Positions 24,801-38,982 of a stretch of DNA of 64,000 nucleotides are shown piece by piece (position 1 is the first letter of the stretch; every line of letters starts with the position of its first letter). Origin of the DNA: Chrysomallon squamiferum. Lineage: Eukaryota; Animalia; Mollusca. Location: the NCBI GenBank assembly GCA_012295275.1, contig CM022671.1, positions 13,330,001 to 13,394,000 on the forward strand, written 5' to 3'. The translations under genes and the position numbers were made by a program. The notes under the pieces are model-generated. The model had not been told where the DNA came from. It saw only the letters and a list, made by a program, of their open reading frames with translations, and did not search any database.

Positions 24801-27800
24801 TGACTTTCTTAGATTGATTCATACATTATTTTTTTAAAAACAATAAAAAAATAAATATAATAAAAAAAGAAAAAGTTTTATTTGTTTATGTAAAATCTAC
24901 CTGTTGGTCTTAGAACACATTTTCCATCTACTCTCCAGTGTCCTGAGATACATTCACAGCTGTATGTACCAGGCTCATTCTTACATGTCTCGTTTTCATC
25001 AGTACACAGGTTTGGGTTGTCCTTACATTCATCATTATCTATTAGCATTTAAACATTAAATGTTTTATAGATATTAAGTATCAAATCATGTTGAATCTGA
25101 TAATATCTGACAAAAATTAGATTTGCCTTGTCAGTGAATACATTTACAATGTTCTACTAAAATCTGAGATTATTATATGACCAATAAATGACCAATTTTA
25201 TAATTAGTTTAGATTTCAAAGTTTTGTCATCATTTTTGTATATTTTAAAACTATACAGACATATTCTAAATCAACAAATCAAAAATATAATTTTACATGT
25301 CCTGACTCAATGTCTTTATGTTGAGTTAAAATGACTTATTCAGCAACATATTACCTATACATGTTTGACTTTCAAGCGTAAAACCATCTTGGCATTTATC
25401 ACATTTATCTGGTCCTGGTCCTGTGCACCCATCACAAGATACATCACAACCTGTATAATAAAGAAGACAACAATTTATTAATTATGTTCTTAATAATATT
25501 TAAGATGGATGTGATTTTAAATCTTAGTTTAAATTTTTTGTTTTTAAATCACAGTATTAAGAAGTAAAAAAAAAGAAAAACAAAAAGACAGTTATGTTGT
25601 TGTCTTATAGTAATAATGTATAATTTAGATTCAATCTCTTTTAAATGTCTAATACCGCTTTACTTATTCCCTTTATAAAGTCATATATTAGTGAATTATT
25701 TTACATCTTAGCATTTAAGTGTTTATAATTAAAATATTATACAATAACTTTTATACTTAATTATAATAAGGAATTTAATAAATTGTAAAATATAGTTACT
25801 TACTAAAACATGAATATGACCCTGCTGTATTTACACAATATTGGTTTTTCTCACATGGTGATTTTTCAACTGCGCATTCATCAACATCTGAAAGATAACA
25901 AATGAAAATAACATAAATTAACATTTTACTGTCATAGCAGAAAATGCATATAACCTGTCTAAATTTTACTGATAATATCACTGGCAGTGGTATTTTCTAT
26001 TTAATGTTTTGTTTTATTTTTATCTGATATTTTAAAAATGAAAAATAACCTACTAGTAAAGTTTACTTAAAATGTATTTCATATGAAAAATTAAAGAAGG
26101 AATCCCAATAATATACCTGATATGACATAATTTAAGAATCTTGATTTAACTTTTTTATCAGCTTGAAGGGATGACTTTGGAAGTAATTGTTGCCTGAAAT
26201 CATTTTCTACATAAAGTTGTTCTTTCCAAAACTATTTGGAATAATAATGATCATAATTATTATAAAACATAACAAAATAATAACAAAATGTAACAAATTA
26301 AATATACCTTGACAACCAAGTTCTGACTGAAGCCAGCCAGTATTGCATTCATCACAACCCTTCGGACCGTCTTCCCAACACGTTTTCTTACATGATAGGT
26401 GACAAGCTGCATAAACAGTGGAATAATTTTACTATAAAAAATACAAACACCTATTGTTCTCTCATTTTAGTTCATCATCAGGATATGCATTTGGGAAATT
26501 TTTTGACTGGCCAATCAGGCCTCTCACAGCAACACTATGACTTGCCTGGAGAACTTTTGACTGGTCTGTGATCAGATTATGTTAAATATCTTTTTTAATT
26601 TTTTTTTTTACTTAAACTACACTTTAAAAACATGTTATCATATCATAAAAACTATAACAACAACATAAAAGAAGGAAAGAGAACTTGTTTTACTTTTATT
26701 AAAAGCTGTTGTAATTAAATTATCATTATGTTGTCAAGGGACCCACCCAGTCAAATGTCTGAAATGTTTGATCAAAGCTGAAGTCATGAAATGAATAGAG
26801 TTCTTTTATGGCTGAAATGACATTTGTTATCAATAACATGTTTACCATAATGGCATTAAATGTACATGCATTTACCAGATGCAGGCATGTGCTGAAAGAT
26901 GAACAACAACTCGTCAAGAGTTTCCACAACACTTGCACATGTACAGGTAATGATAGGTTTTGTTGACATTGTTTGTAGTGATGATTGGTATAGAAAATGT
27001 CAGTCAGCTGCTTAATTAATTATCTGTTAATGAAGAAAAAATATAGGAAAACAAATACAGAACTTATCCATGATACTTATAAATCTTCATCTCACTGATC
27101 TTGGACTTACGTTTGCATACAGTATGAGTATCATTTTTTAAATTCTCATAATGTCCATCCATACATGAATCACAAAGGTTTCCCTTATATCCTGCAAAAC
27201 AAGAACATTTTCCAGTGCCTTCACGGGTTCCTTCTCCCTAAAATACAAACACAGGATTTAATCACTCATTTCAACTTATTCATCTATAATACTACTAATA
27301 CAAATAGTAATAATAAAATAACTACTTGTAATTTCTCATAAAAATTTTAAAAGTATAAAAAGAGTGACAATCTCAAACATGATATTGAGTCATTTCATGT
27401 CAAATCCCCTCCCCACAAGAAAGTAAAATTTTAACTGTATTTGATGTAGAGTGTGGTCCTGTCTTCGAAGTTTTGGAGGTATGGGCCCCAAAATCTTGTC
27501 ATAAAATGGACATAATTGCCACTTTTTTAGACCCTGATATCTTTGGTAACAAGTGGGTTAACTTTGACAAAGTTGCTGCCATTAGAAAACTAATGAGATA
27601 CACTAAATTTTGGTAACCTTTTTACATTTCGTTTATCATTTCAAAAGCTTTTATGAATTTTTATGAAACTTTAAATTAAAGTAATATAAATAAAAATTGT
27701 TTTGGAATAAATAAATATAAATGCTTAGTTAATTAACATATAGAGCATATAAGAGTTACCTGATGTACTAGAAAAAATAATGTTTGAAAGTTTTGATAAA

Positions 27801-30800
27801 TAAAAAGATATTTTAAACGGTTGAAAGACATACATAAAATATCCACATTTACACAACATTACTTGATTTTTGATATATGTAGTTTTTCAGAATGTTTAGT
27901 TCAACTATTAAAATATATTTCAGTGACATTCACATACCATTACACTTTTTCAACAGACCTTAATAATTATCTATCATTTCTTATAAAACTGTGCAAATGT
28001 TTGCTGATATTTCAGATAATTATCAGTTTAAAAATTAATATTTGTAATGAAAAGAACTCACATCACATTTTCCATTTCCTAAACAAGGTCGAACTGAACC
28101 CCCAGTACACTCAACACAATCAGGTCCATAGTGATTTTTTGGACAACATGCTAAAATGTATATTAAAAAAATAAATTCAAAATTTCAATAAACTTGAAAA
28201 CTGAGTGACCTATGTGCTTCACTAATATTCAGTGTCTACATCTTAATTTTTTTACTATTTAAAATATTTGACATAATAACACATTAACAACAAACTTAAA
28301 TTTTACGTTCAAATATACTGGTTATAATTATTTAATTATAAAAGATTTAGTTAAATATTATAAAATACTAAAATATTTCAAGAGGAAAGTAAAATCAAAT
28401 TTCATTAGATTTGTGTCTATTCAAATTTAATGAAACAGAACAAGAGTTGCAAAAGCTATTTGCATGAAATTAAGTTTAAATTTCCAGTTAAGATACTCAG
28501 AAATTCTGAAGCTTGAGTTTAATTAATATAAACATTTACAGTAACAAAATGATAGAAATGTGTGTACTTTTAAAATAAATTTAGTTTCAATAGCAAATTC
28601 GTCCTTATTCACCTTTAATAGTCTCAATGCAAAACCACTGATGAAAATTGGTGTTTTCTGACTTGGCATGCACTTTGAACCAAAATGATTCTATGGCATC
28701 TTCATATTCTTCCAACATATGGTGACACTTAAACAATAAATCTGAGGTATTAATGACATGTATCTATTACATACCTCAAATGAAGATTTAACTGTAAACT
28801 TGTATCAAACTGTCATATTTTATTTTATATTATTCTTTTTTTTCAGGATTTGAATTGTAAATATTTATCATTTAAAACAATGTTAAATTCATACTATTTC
28901 TGCAGTATTATTTCATTTTTGTAATGATACATATCACATAGGTATGCCAATAACAAGTCCCAAAACTGACAAAACTGACAAAACCCTGAGCCTGCAGTGT
29001 TCCACAAAATTTTCTCTGAATGGCTTAGTTGCAAAATCATACATCATGTTTCTGTATAACTTTGCTTGAAGAACATCTCTACATTCTTGATTATAACCAA
29101 TTTACATATACTGTTACTTTTAGAAAAAAAAAAATTATTCAAATACATTCTAGTTTTTCAACTAAAGAACCTCAGAATTTCACCTGAAGATGTATATCAA
29201 AATAATTATTTTCATAATCTGAAGAAAATATACATATTCAGTTTCAATCTGATGCAGTTTGAGAGAAATCTAAAGAATGTGTTCTAATGCAGCCTGGGAA
29301 AAGTGCATCTGTTGTATTTATTTAACAATGATACATCAGACGTGATGTAAGTGATCTGATTATTGATGTTCAGAATGTGGTCATCTCAGGCAGTTTGATT
29401 TTGAAAATTAGAAGACAATTTTAATCATGATAACATAGTCAACATATTCCTCTGCAGTGCTGTTTCAGAATTTTATAAAAATGAAGAAATTATAACTGTT
29501 TATTTGAACTTAATAATAACATGCATATGATACATGTATCTGAAGTCACTGATAGCATAGCATTAATCATAATGTATAGTAAGAAATTTCATAAACTAAG
29601 TAAGGTTATTTAGTGTTTTTAGATATTCATATTCATTATTAAAAAAATAAATAAATAAAACATTTTGAAAAATATAGAGGAAAAAATAATTATGGCAATT
29701 CTGAAAAGTTGTGAAACTGAAGGTAAGTTTTCTTAGGAAAAATTAATGTCCAAGCTGAATTCTTGACATGAAAGACTTCTTAATGATCATAAATCAACTA
29801 AGAAAGACGAAAGAAATTACTAAAAAAAAAAAAGAATCTGGACACCTTAATCCATATCTTATATACAAACAATAATAGTGTTATACCTCCTTTGATCCAC
29901 CAGAACACAAATGCTCATCCATAATTTCTACAAGTCGAATCTCACTGAAATAATAATGTTGCTACATTTCATCATTTGTTATGTGCTATTCATTATTAAG
30001 ATATTATTTTATTTGATAATAGTTATAGGTTCTTTATCTTCCATCAGTGATCCACCTTTTGTGGTAAATATTCATGCCATTCTAATGACATAAGACTTAA
30101 TCCACACACAAAATTACATAACATTTTGGGGAAAATTTATAAATCAGTATATACATATTTGGAGATCTGATACTCTTAGGTTACTGAGAGAACCATGAAG
30201 AAAAAATAATGTATTTATTTTAAAAAATGGTATAGCTATAAGGTTAATAAATAAATAATACCTTTTAGCATATTTACCAAGAGATTTCTCTTCCCATTTT
30301 GTATTACCACCTCCATAATTGGACTTGGCTGTCTTTTTTAAACCCTATAATAATAATAAAACTATTTTTAAAATTTAAATTTTCATTAAATGAATTTACT
30401 TTATTGTAACAGAAACAAAAAAATAAAAGCGAGTGAAATATTAATAAAATTTATTTAAACTTTATAAAAATATATCATAATATATAATAATTATGACTAA
30501 GATAGATTTATAGACTAGCCTTTGTGTCTTTAACAATAACATCAAAGAATGTAGCTTTCATTTCATGTCAGTAAAAAATCTTGCTGTGTAAGCAAATTCC
30601 TCTCATGTAATCTCATACAAGATAGGCATAAATCATTAAAAGACATTTAATAAGTGTTATGTAACTTATTATTAAAACATACTGTGCTGTAAAAAAATAA
30701 AAATAAATAAAAAAAAGATCTGAAAGAACAAAGAGTTCAGTTAACTAAAAATAATTTTTTTCTATAGCCTAGGCTAATGACTTATATGTTATAGGTATGT

Positions 30801-31848
30801 GCCAAAAGTCATCTCTGTGCCAGTTCCATGATTTGTATGACAAGTAATCACTTTCCTGTTCTATCATTGTTTTTACATATTTTCTAAAAGAACAAATATT
30901 ATAATGTAATATACATATTCAGCTTTATCTTTATATTCATTTCTTGACATGTTATCTTTGATAAACAAGTTTATTCTTTACAAATATATGAGGTAGAAAA
31001 AAGTTCTTACTTTGGGGTACCAAGATGTGGTGCTCTCAGCAAATGATTGAAAAGTTCATGGTTCCCTTGTTTTGTGTGATTTACTACTTATGTGGCTTAA
31101 TTATTAATGTCCAGTTTCAGATGATACTTCTTTCTCATAAAGATGTTGATTATGAAAACAGTTCTTACGAAGTTAGATTTTTATGAATTGTATGGTATCT
31201 ACATAATGAAGGCATAAGATTATTGCTAACTGATGTTATTAATTAATGGGGGAAAAAATAAAGTTAATGTAGGCAAAATGGTTGATAATATAAGGGCTTT
31301 ACAATGATATTTTTCATTTAAGCTCTATGGACTTTTTGAGAAACACATAATTAAGGTATATGTTATATTTGAGCTAAGTTAGTTCAATTAATTAATTAAT
31401 AAAAATTGACCAGTCTTAGCAATATGCCAAATGTCATCGAAAGCTTCATTTTGATATACAATACATCGTATTGGTTTGAAACTACATGAGATACATTCAA
31501 TGTATGTTGCAAAATAACTGAAATATTTTCTCCATAGATTATGTGGAAAAACGCGACGAAATTGTATTCAGATAAAAAATTTCAACTTCTTTCATATCAA
31601 TGCTATCAAACATATCTTGGTGTCATTTTATTCTACTTTCTTTTTGCTCTTTCTGATGATATATTATTTTACAGGAAAATTATATTTTTGAAAATTTTGT
31701 CTATTCGAAATGTTTATACCTCTTCAAAATGATTGGAAATTTCCGTACACACTGAACAGCTAGGCGTTTTCTTTCCCTCTGCTAGTGCCTGAATCGTAAG
31801 GATTATAGCCATTAACAGATACTGCGTCATCTTCATCTGTCCCAACAT
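21850..31848 (-). CDS. CRELD2: Cysteine-rich with EGF-like domain protein (CRELD), soluble CRELD2-type isoform (~390 aa)
   Basis: Exons 31848-31720, 30344-30262, 29944-29887, 28727-28613, 28150-28062, 27237-27111, 26406-26308, 25887-25804, 25450-25355, 25038-24901 and 22004-21850, all GT-AG and in phase. Signal peptide, CSVC (CxxC), TAKSNYGGGNTKWEEKSLGKYAKSEIRLVEI (WE domain), EGF, furin-like and cbEGF repeats (DVDEC, DNDEC). Acidic tail ends PKMEL*. Confidence 0.92.
24093..31848 (-). CDS. CRELD1: Same CRELD gene, membrane-anchored CRELD1-type isoform (~411 aa) using alternative last exon 24310-24093
   Basis: The phase-1 acceptor tttatttcag|AT at 24310 joins the 10 shared exons. It encodes DKPKLKIPLKNPQKKKTKKTSKESQS-LMIYIVTIVLFAFSFSI-SNGNK-LIISSLSVLLTVYVFWYA-SQFEKS*, i.e. 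two hydrophobic helices as in CRELD1. Confidence 0.8.
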
Positions 31849-33043
31849 AACAGTATCCGACAGTCTTCATGCATCAAACACTGAAGCAACCAGAAATAGT
31901 CAACAAACTACTAAAAGCACCACAAATGTGTAACAAATGTGCAGTCGAGTTTTCGAACTATAGTGTGGCTTCGAGCTCCTGCCTGGTTTTAAAATCAGTT
32001 TATTATCGTAAACCATTAATATGTCTATCTATAAAATGCCATTAATGAATTAAAATAGACCAATTGTGTTAACGCCACATCACAAACAATCCGAAAATGA
32101 CAAACGTCTAGACAAACCAAATACCAACACATGGACATTGTAAAAACAGCAACAAATCTTTATTTTCAACCAATCGTAACAAGCCACGACATTTATTTCT
32201 GCTCGATTCGATTTGTTAAAAAGACGGATTGAGTTTTAAAGGGACTTCTTTCGTTTTAATTTATGTAATCTAAAACACACCTCGGCAACCATTTTTCATA
32301 CACTGCACATTTTCAAACACTGTAAAATGAGAACGCTAACCAAACTCACAATGATTTTAGAATTAACGAATTAAAATTTAAATGATATTAACTATAATAG
32401 AACTTTTCAACAGATAACAATTTGAGGATTATAACATACGCATTATAAATCAGTAGGAAAAATAAGAAGCGTACTCATTTGAAAAGTTATTGGTTACAAG
32501 TAAAACGTTCACCATGCGCCCATATAGAACACACACACACACACACACGATAATGAGGTCTTCATGTGCTAATATGGAGACAAAAACACACTGTTCAAAG
32601 TTACTTCTTTCAGTCTGCTTTGATATAAAAATACCATTTTAAAAATAGTTTACATATTAAAACTATTTTGTTTTGATGTATAGTTTTTGTAGACGAATCA
32701 ACTAGTTTCGACAGCAGCTAGCTGAGAAAAGAAAAGAAAAAACAAAAACAGTTAATACTTAATTTTGAAATTATTTAGAATTGCAAGGTAAAAGACATTT
32801 TTAAAGTAATATTTTCTGTTTTATCGATGTAAATTACTGCCAAAGATATATATAAGTATGTGTCACGGTGACTAGTCTGAGTGGTATTACTACCTAAAAT
32901 TTGGCTTGTACCGTCTAAAGGGAAGCAGACTATAATAGCGTCACGTGACAAGGTGTTAATTATCAGAGACAGCTTAAACTACTAAATGACTATTCTGTAT
33001 CCACTAGAGAACAATAACACAAACAAGAATTCAGTATGGATAA

Positions 33044-33076
<33 letters not shown>

Positions 33077-34059
33077 CATAAATTAAGCATCAAGGGTACT
33101 ACCTTGATCCGAACGATACACTATAAAAGCAAATAACGTTGACAAATAATAAAAAATTAATATACACCTCTGCAGACAGCCTTTCTGAATTTACTTTGCA
33201 ACTTTTAATGCCCATTTTGAGTTTATTAATCCCAGTGTTTCTTAGTTTATAAAATAATGGAAATTCCTCTAATTATATAATACAGCTTCTAAATAGCCAT
33301 TGTACGTCTGCATACACTCTGCTATTTAGTTTTTGTGGATTTACTCCCATTTTATGACATTAATTAGGTAAACATTTAAGAACTGTAAAAATATAAATTA
33401 TAAACATGATTATACAAGATAGCTAAATAAATATTATCGTAAAATAATAATATACTTAAGATAAAATGTAGTAGACATTCTGTTTTAAAAGGGCATGTAA
33501 AAATAGGGATTTTGTGGATATTATATAATTCACTATTGTCACGGAATTCAGATTGCGTAGCAAATTGTTAATTCAACCTTGAACCTTGAACATTGAAAAC
33601 AATTAACGCGCTAATCAGATCAAGCGTCCTGTTTGTTTGTTCTGTTCTCGGCTGCTGTTGATGTTTCCTTGTTCTTTTTGGCTGCTTCCCTCTGGTCCAA
33701 CAATTCCAATTTTTTTTTTTTTTTTTTTTGCCAAATGTCTTTTTATTGATGTAAAAGATGCTATAAACACCTGCAGCTAAGAATAAAAACATGACTGTTG
33801 TTAACTTATTAACATTTATTATGTAAAAAATTTTATATTTTATTTTAATTTTAAAATCCGATAACTAGATTAATATGGTCTTAAAGTAAGTACGTGTAGT
33901 ACGTATAGTTTTGTTTTTAATTATTAATTTAATTGGCTATTCAAACTGATCCGTCAATCAGCCGATCCACCCATAAATCCATCAGCTGTTCAATCAATCA
34001 ATCTGTAAGTCAATAAATTCATTCAATTGTTGTTTGTTTTTGTGTCAAAAAAAAAGAAA

Positions 34060-36460
34060 AGAAAGAAATTCAAACTTTCAACTCCAAGAGTCTAAAGTTT
34101 GTGTTTTGTGTTCAGAATGTATGTTGTTACTGCAGCGAGGACTAACTCTCTGTCTTTTGTGTTTGATGCCAAGATGTTCCTCCAATGTGTTGCGTAGTGT
34201 TTGTCTTTCCTTGGCGAAATGTTGACAGTGAAACAAGTAGTGTTTCATGGTTTCGGAGAGTCCACAGCTGCAGCTGGGTGATGTGGTGTTGTGATATTTG
34301 TATCGGATTGCATTTAAGTTGGTCGAGTAACAAATTCTGACTTTGGTGAGATTGTTGTTGTGTAGTTTGTTCGCGAGTGTGATTTTGGATGTTTTGGTGA
34401 GTGGTTTGATGTTCAAGTGCCATTTGTTTTTGGTGTTGTTCCATTCGTTTTGCCACTGTTTGTCGTAATGTTTGGCTGCGATGGAGATAATTTCGTTTAT
34501 TCCGTAGTGTATGTCGGTGCAGATGGCTTCGTCTTTAATTCTGAGTGACTCTTTGGCGTAATGGTCGGTAAGTTCGTTGCCGATGATGCCGACATGTGCT
34601 GGGAGTCACTCGATGATTAGTTGTTGTTTAGTATGTCTTTGTATAGGTGTTGTATTCTGCTGAGTACGTCTGGTCTGCTGGAATGTCCGGATTGTATGGA
34701 GGTGACGGAACTTAGGCTGTCCGAGAATATGACTCTGTGTTTGTTGTTGTTTTGTTTCACCCACAGCATGGCTCTGATGATGGCGACCAATTCGGCCGTG
34801 TATACCGAAAGGTGATTTCTGATACGGCCGAATTGTATGAATGTGGGTTGTTTGTGTGATCTTGGGCTATGAAGGCGAATCCTACTCTTCCGTTATCTGG
34901 GTTTTTGGATCCGTCGGTGAATCTGTTTTTGGATCTGTCGGGAAATTCGATAGTAGTAGACTTTGCGATTTAAGGGGTTGCCCTATTCTTTGTTGGTCGG
35001 GGACCTGATCCTTGACGGGGTGGTCTGTGCTGAGGGTGTGTATTTTCAGGCTGTATTTCAGTAGCTGCAGCTTTCTTCTGTATTTGAGTGGTTGGATGCT
35101 GTATTCCGACAGGAGGCTGTTGAATGGTGTTTTGTTTGGAAGGTGGCCGATCACTCTGAGGGCGCTGGTTTGAATTACGTCTAGTTTTTTTAAAGAGTGT
35201 TCGGGAAAATTCGAGTAAGTCGTGGCTGGAGAGAATACATGCTTTGTATATCAAAATTAGCGTTTACTCGTTTGCTCCCCAACTGGTTCCGGAAATTAGC
35301 TTTAGAAAACTGAGTGTTTTTTTCAGGATGCAATTATGTTGTGTATGTGGCATCCGAAGTTGAGTTGACTGTCAAATTTGAATGTTTTGGTTTGTGTTAT
35401 GACGTCGTTGTCGATGTTTAGTGTGATTTTTTGTTGTCTGTTTTTTAGTTGAAAAGGAAGCATGTCGTTTTCGAAAGAGAAATCTTTATACCCCATTTCA
35501 ACGCCCAGTCGTTTACGTTGTTTAGGTCTTTTTGTATTTGTTTCTGTATTGCTGCGGTCGATCTGCCTGCACGCCAAAAGGCGCAGTCGTCTGCAAAGAG
35601 TGCTGTGTTTATTGGTTCGATTGGTGGATTTTTGACGTTGTCTTATTTGTCGATGTCGTTGATGTAAATGTTGAAGAGTGTTGGCGAGATCACGGATCCT
35701 TGTGGGATGCCGTTTTCGATTGCCGTTTTATCGGAGGTGTGACCGTTCACTTTGATCTGTTGTTGATGAAGTCTTTAATGAAGTTGAACATGTTGCCTTT
35801 GATGTTGTTGTTGATTAATTTGACGAGTAGTCCTTACCTCCATACCATGTCGAATGCTTTTTCAATGTCTAGGAAAATACTGCGATGACATTTTTTGATT
35901 TCGTAAAAGATTGGCTGATTGATGTTTGCAGGCGTGTGATCTGGTCGTTTGTGTTGGGTTTCTTCCTGAAGCCGCTTTGATATTTGCTGATTAAATTGTT
36001 GTCGTTTAGATGCTGGCACAGGCGTTTGTTGATAGACGTTTCCAATGTTTTGCACATGTATGACGTGTTTCCAGTTTGTTGGAATATTACCATTGGTCCA
36101 TATTGTGTTGTTGAGATCGAGTACGATGAGTAGTGTTTCATCTGGTAGGTTTTGTAGTATTGTGTAGCTTATTTTATCTGGCCCCGTGGCTGTACTTTTC
36201 TTGTTTTTGAGGGCATGATTTAATTCGCTGATGTTGAAGGTTGATTGTATTTCATGTGTTCTGTGTCTGCGGAATGATCGTCGATTGTTAGGTTGTCCAG
36301 TGGTTTCTTTGCGAATTTCAGTGGGAAGTTCGAATTGCTGCTGGACTTGGCGAAAGTTTCGCTGAGTAGGTCCGCTTTTTGCTTGTCGGTGAATGCGATG
36401 TTGTTTTTGCTGAGAGTGTTGATTCTGTGGGGTGTTTTTTGCAGTAATTAAGGAGCGAAG
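34060..36460 (-). mobile_element. 5'-truncated, frameshifted non-LTR retrotransposon (I-group LINE with RT, RNase H and CCHC finger)
   Basis: Minus-strand fragments ATGPDKISYTILQNL, KYQSGFRK, IFLDIEKAFDMVW, GIPQGSVISPTLFNIYINDI and LFADDCAFW (RT); VYTAELVAI, IFSDSLS and PAHVGIIGNELTD (RNase H); CSCGLSETMKHYLFHC (zinc knuckle). Many frameshifts; no endonuclease seen. Confidence 0.92.
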
Positions 36461-37234
36461 GAAAAGGCCAAACGAGAGCTCAGTCAAGCAGGGAAACCAA
36501 TATTTTTGACGAGTATGGTAAGCAATTTTTATTCAGTAAATCTGATTGCTTTTACTGTGTTGCTAATGCAGTTTAAATTTTACCCAAAAAGTTATTTTCT
36601 TATTACTTATCACTGATTTCATATTAAACCAATGGAGTAAATAGGCGCGACGATGTACGTAGGTTCTACTGTTGGACTGTGTTATATATTCAGAAACCAT
36701 CTAATTAATTAGTTGTGCCTATCAAAAACAACACAAGAAAAAGAACAAGAAAAAAAATGCTGAGGAAAGGAAAAGAAGAACGACAACAACAACAACCAAA
36801 AAGAAAAGATAACTGAACAGAAACACACCAGTTACATCAACAGAAGAACTGAATTTGAGAACAGTCTATACTAATCTTCTGGTACGGATTAAATACATGT
36901 ATATTTAATTGATTGATATAACTGCGTCAAGTTCAGTTATACACATTACATTTAAACTTTTATGCTTAAACATTTTAAAAACATTTTAATAATCTCCATC
37001 GTGGAGGCTTAGATTTCATTACAAATTTTCATACTTTATATTTCTAACTATACAGTAAACTAAGAATAGTTTTTAAAATAAAATCATAAATCTTCTTCAT
37101 GACATCTACCTTTCTTTTTACTGACTGTGCTGTGCTAGTTGATCAGATAATGTAAATATTAGTTTTCGTATGTGTATGTGTTTTTGTGTATATGTGTATA
37201 TAATTATACATGTATGTGTGCAAATATGTGTATA

Positions 37235-37279
<45 letters not shown>

Positions 37280-37836
37280 CTACATACAGATAAGAATGCA
37301 CAAGTTTCGAATTAAAACCAAAAGAAATTGGGTAAAAGGAAATATTTTATAATATCACTAAAACATTCTTATCTGTCAGGATATATCTACCTCAGAAACT
37401 GATTATTTTATTCTCCGAATTGCTAATCTAATACATAAATAAATGAGATAACAATTATATTTGTCGTATAATATCACTATAAATCACTAAAAATAACACA
37501 CAAACAACGAACTGAAGATACACATAATATTTTATTTATACAACCCCTTTATTCATATCCATAAGCAAACCCTTTAATAATTTTAATTGTAAATTTGTAT
37601 ATTTCTAAGTTGCAACAGGAACATAATTATGTAGGGTAAAAACCTATTATTAAGAGTTTATGTTTGAAATAACTGAATAATGGTTAACCCCAAACAATAT
37701 GGTCAGATCGTCCTTTAGTCTGTATATTAACATGACTTGTGCTAACATCTCATACACTTTGAACATTTTGGAACTTAAATCTGAGTGGTTGTAGTTGTTT
37801 TCAAAACATTCTTATATATTATTGTTGCGGTCTCGC

Positions 37837-38982
37837 TCATAGGGATTCATGCTGGGGTATGTAAACAATGTGACGTCGGTGCTGATTGAAAACAAAAAAT
37901 CTAACGATGGCCACGCCAATACAAACAACAACAATCCAAAAAGCAACAATACCCGATATTGTCCAGTTTCTGAAAGGACCAAAACAGATAATTAATTTTA
38001 TTATTCTGATAACAGAAACAGAAAGGGAGAGAGATAAAAAAAAAAAAAAAACAGGCAGAGACAGAGAGAGAAGTAAAATAGAAATTACTGAAATTATATT
38101 CACCAGAAAATGCTATGAATCCTTTTATATAGCTGACCTTTCACAGTACACACACATGCCTAGACTTCCATGTGGTTATTTAATTTTGTTAATTATTAGT
38201 ACCAACATTTACTACTTTGTCAACACAATGCATGGGTATTACATTTTCCTTTCTATCGTGTAGGAATTTCGTACAGAAAAGTGTGTAAAACAGTTTGGCA
38301 GTATTTCGAGGGTAATAATGTGAAACGCTACTTTTTGTTTTACTGTCATATTTTTGGGTATGTTTAAATGTATGTATACAAGTATATATATATGTATGTA
38401 TGTATGTAAGTGTGCATGTTCGTTTGTAATATCTGTTCTTATCAGCTTAATACCTGATACGTCCGCCATAGAGGGACATCGATATTAAACTCTTTATTGA
38501 AAAAGGGTTAGGTGCATGGATCAGATACTGCAGCATCAGGAATGTCACACCAATTTCAAACAAACCAAGAATACTAATGTAAATAACACTACTGAAGAAT
38601 AATAATAATATTTGGCTTTCTGGCAAAGATCAAAGAATATGTCACACCAATTTCAAACAAACCAAGAATAGTAATGTAAATAACACAACTGAAGAATAAT
38701 AATAATATTTGGCTTTCTGGCAAAGATAAAAGAATATTAATTCTTTAACAACAACGACGACGACGACAATAATTAGTTATACTGTACTATATTAATCTTC
38801 TATTAAAATACAATTGTTGGGCTGCCTTAAAAAAAAAGATTCGTATGTTATACATTACCCTAAATAGACATTATCTCTATCGAGAGCTGAGGCCGTTACG
38901 CAACACAAGTCGTCACAGCATCCATAATTACAAAATCGCACATTCAGACCACGGTATTCTGTATTGTTGATACAGTGCCTTC
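37837..38982 (-). CDS. Shisa-like/CYYR1-like single-pass protein, paralogue D (partial; signal-peptide exon not located)
   Basis: Exon 38982-38859 (tttatag|GA..GG|gtaatg) encodes GRHCINNTEYRGLNVRFCNYGCCDDLCCVTASALDRDNVYLG. Exon 37969-37837 encodes NWTISGIVAFWIVVVCIGVAIVRFFVFNQHRRHIVYIPQHESL*. Intron phases match paralogues A-C. Confidence 0.7.
38425..38635 (+). pseudogene. U2: U2 snRNA pseudogene (degenerate, rearranged)
   Basis: TGTAATATCTGTTCTTATCAGCTTAATACCTGATACGTCC..GGACATCGATATTAAA matches U2 from about nt 33. The Sm site is disrupted and the stem III region is deleted; the 3' end resembles U2 (..ATACTGCAGCATCAGGAATGTCACACC, to 38551). A 5'-U2-like piece lies downstream at 38614-38635. 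Confidence 0.85.
38542..38737 (+). repeat. Tandem duplication, 2 x ~97 bp
   Basis: ATGTCACACCAATTTCAAACAAACCAAGAATA..GGCTTTCTGGCAAAGAT starts at 38542 and again at 38639, with few mismatches. Confidence 0.9.

Noticed and set aside
38137-38290. Cys-containing minus-strand segment (GSLGMCVYCE|gtcagc) as exon 2 of paralogue D
   Set aside because: It has in-frame stops and lacks the six-Cys pattern; the exon at 38982-38859 fits properly.
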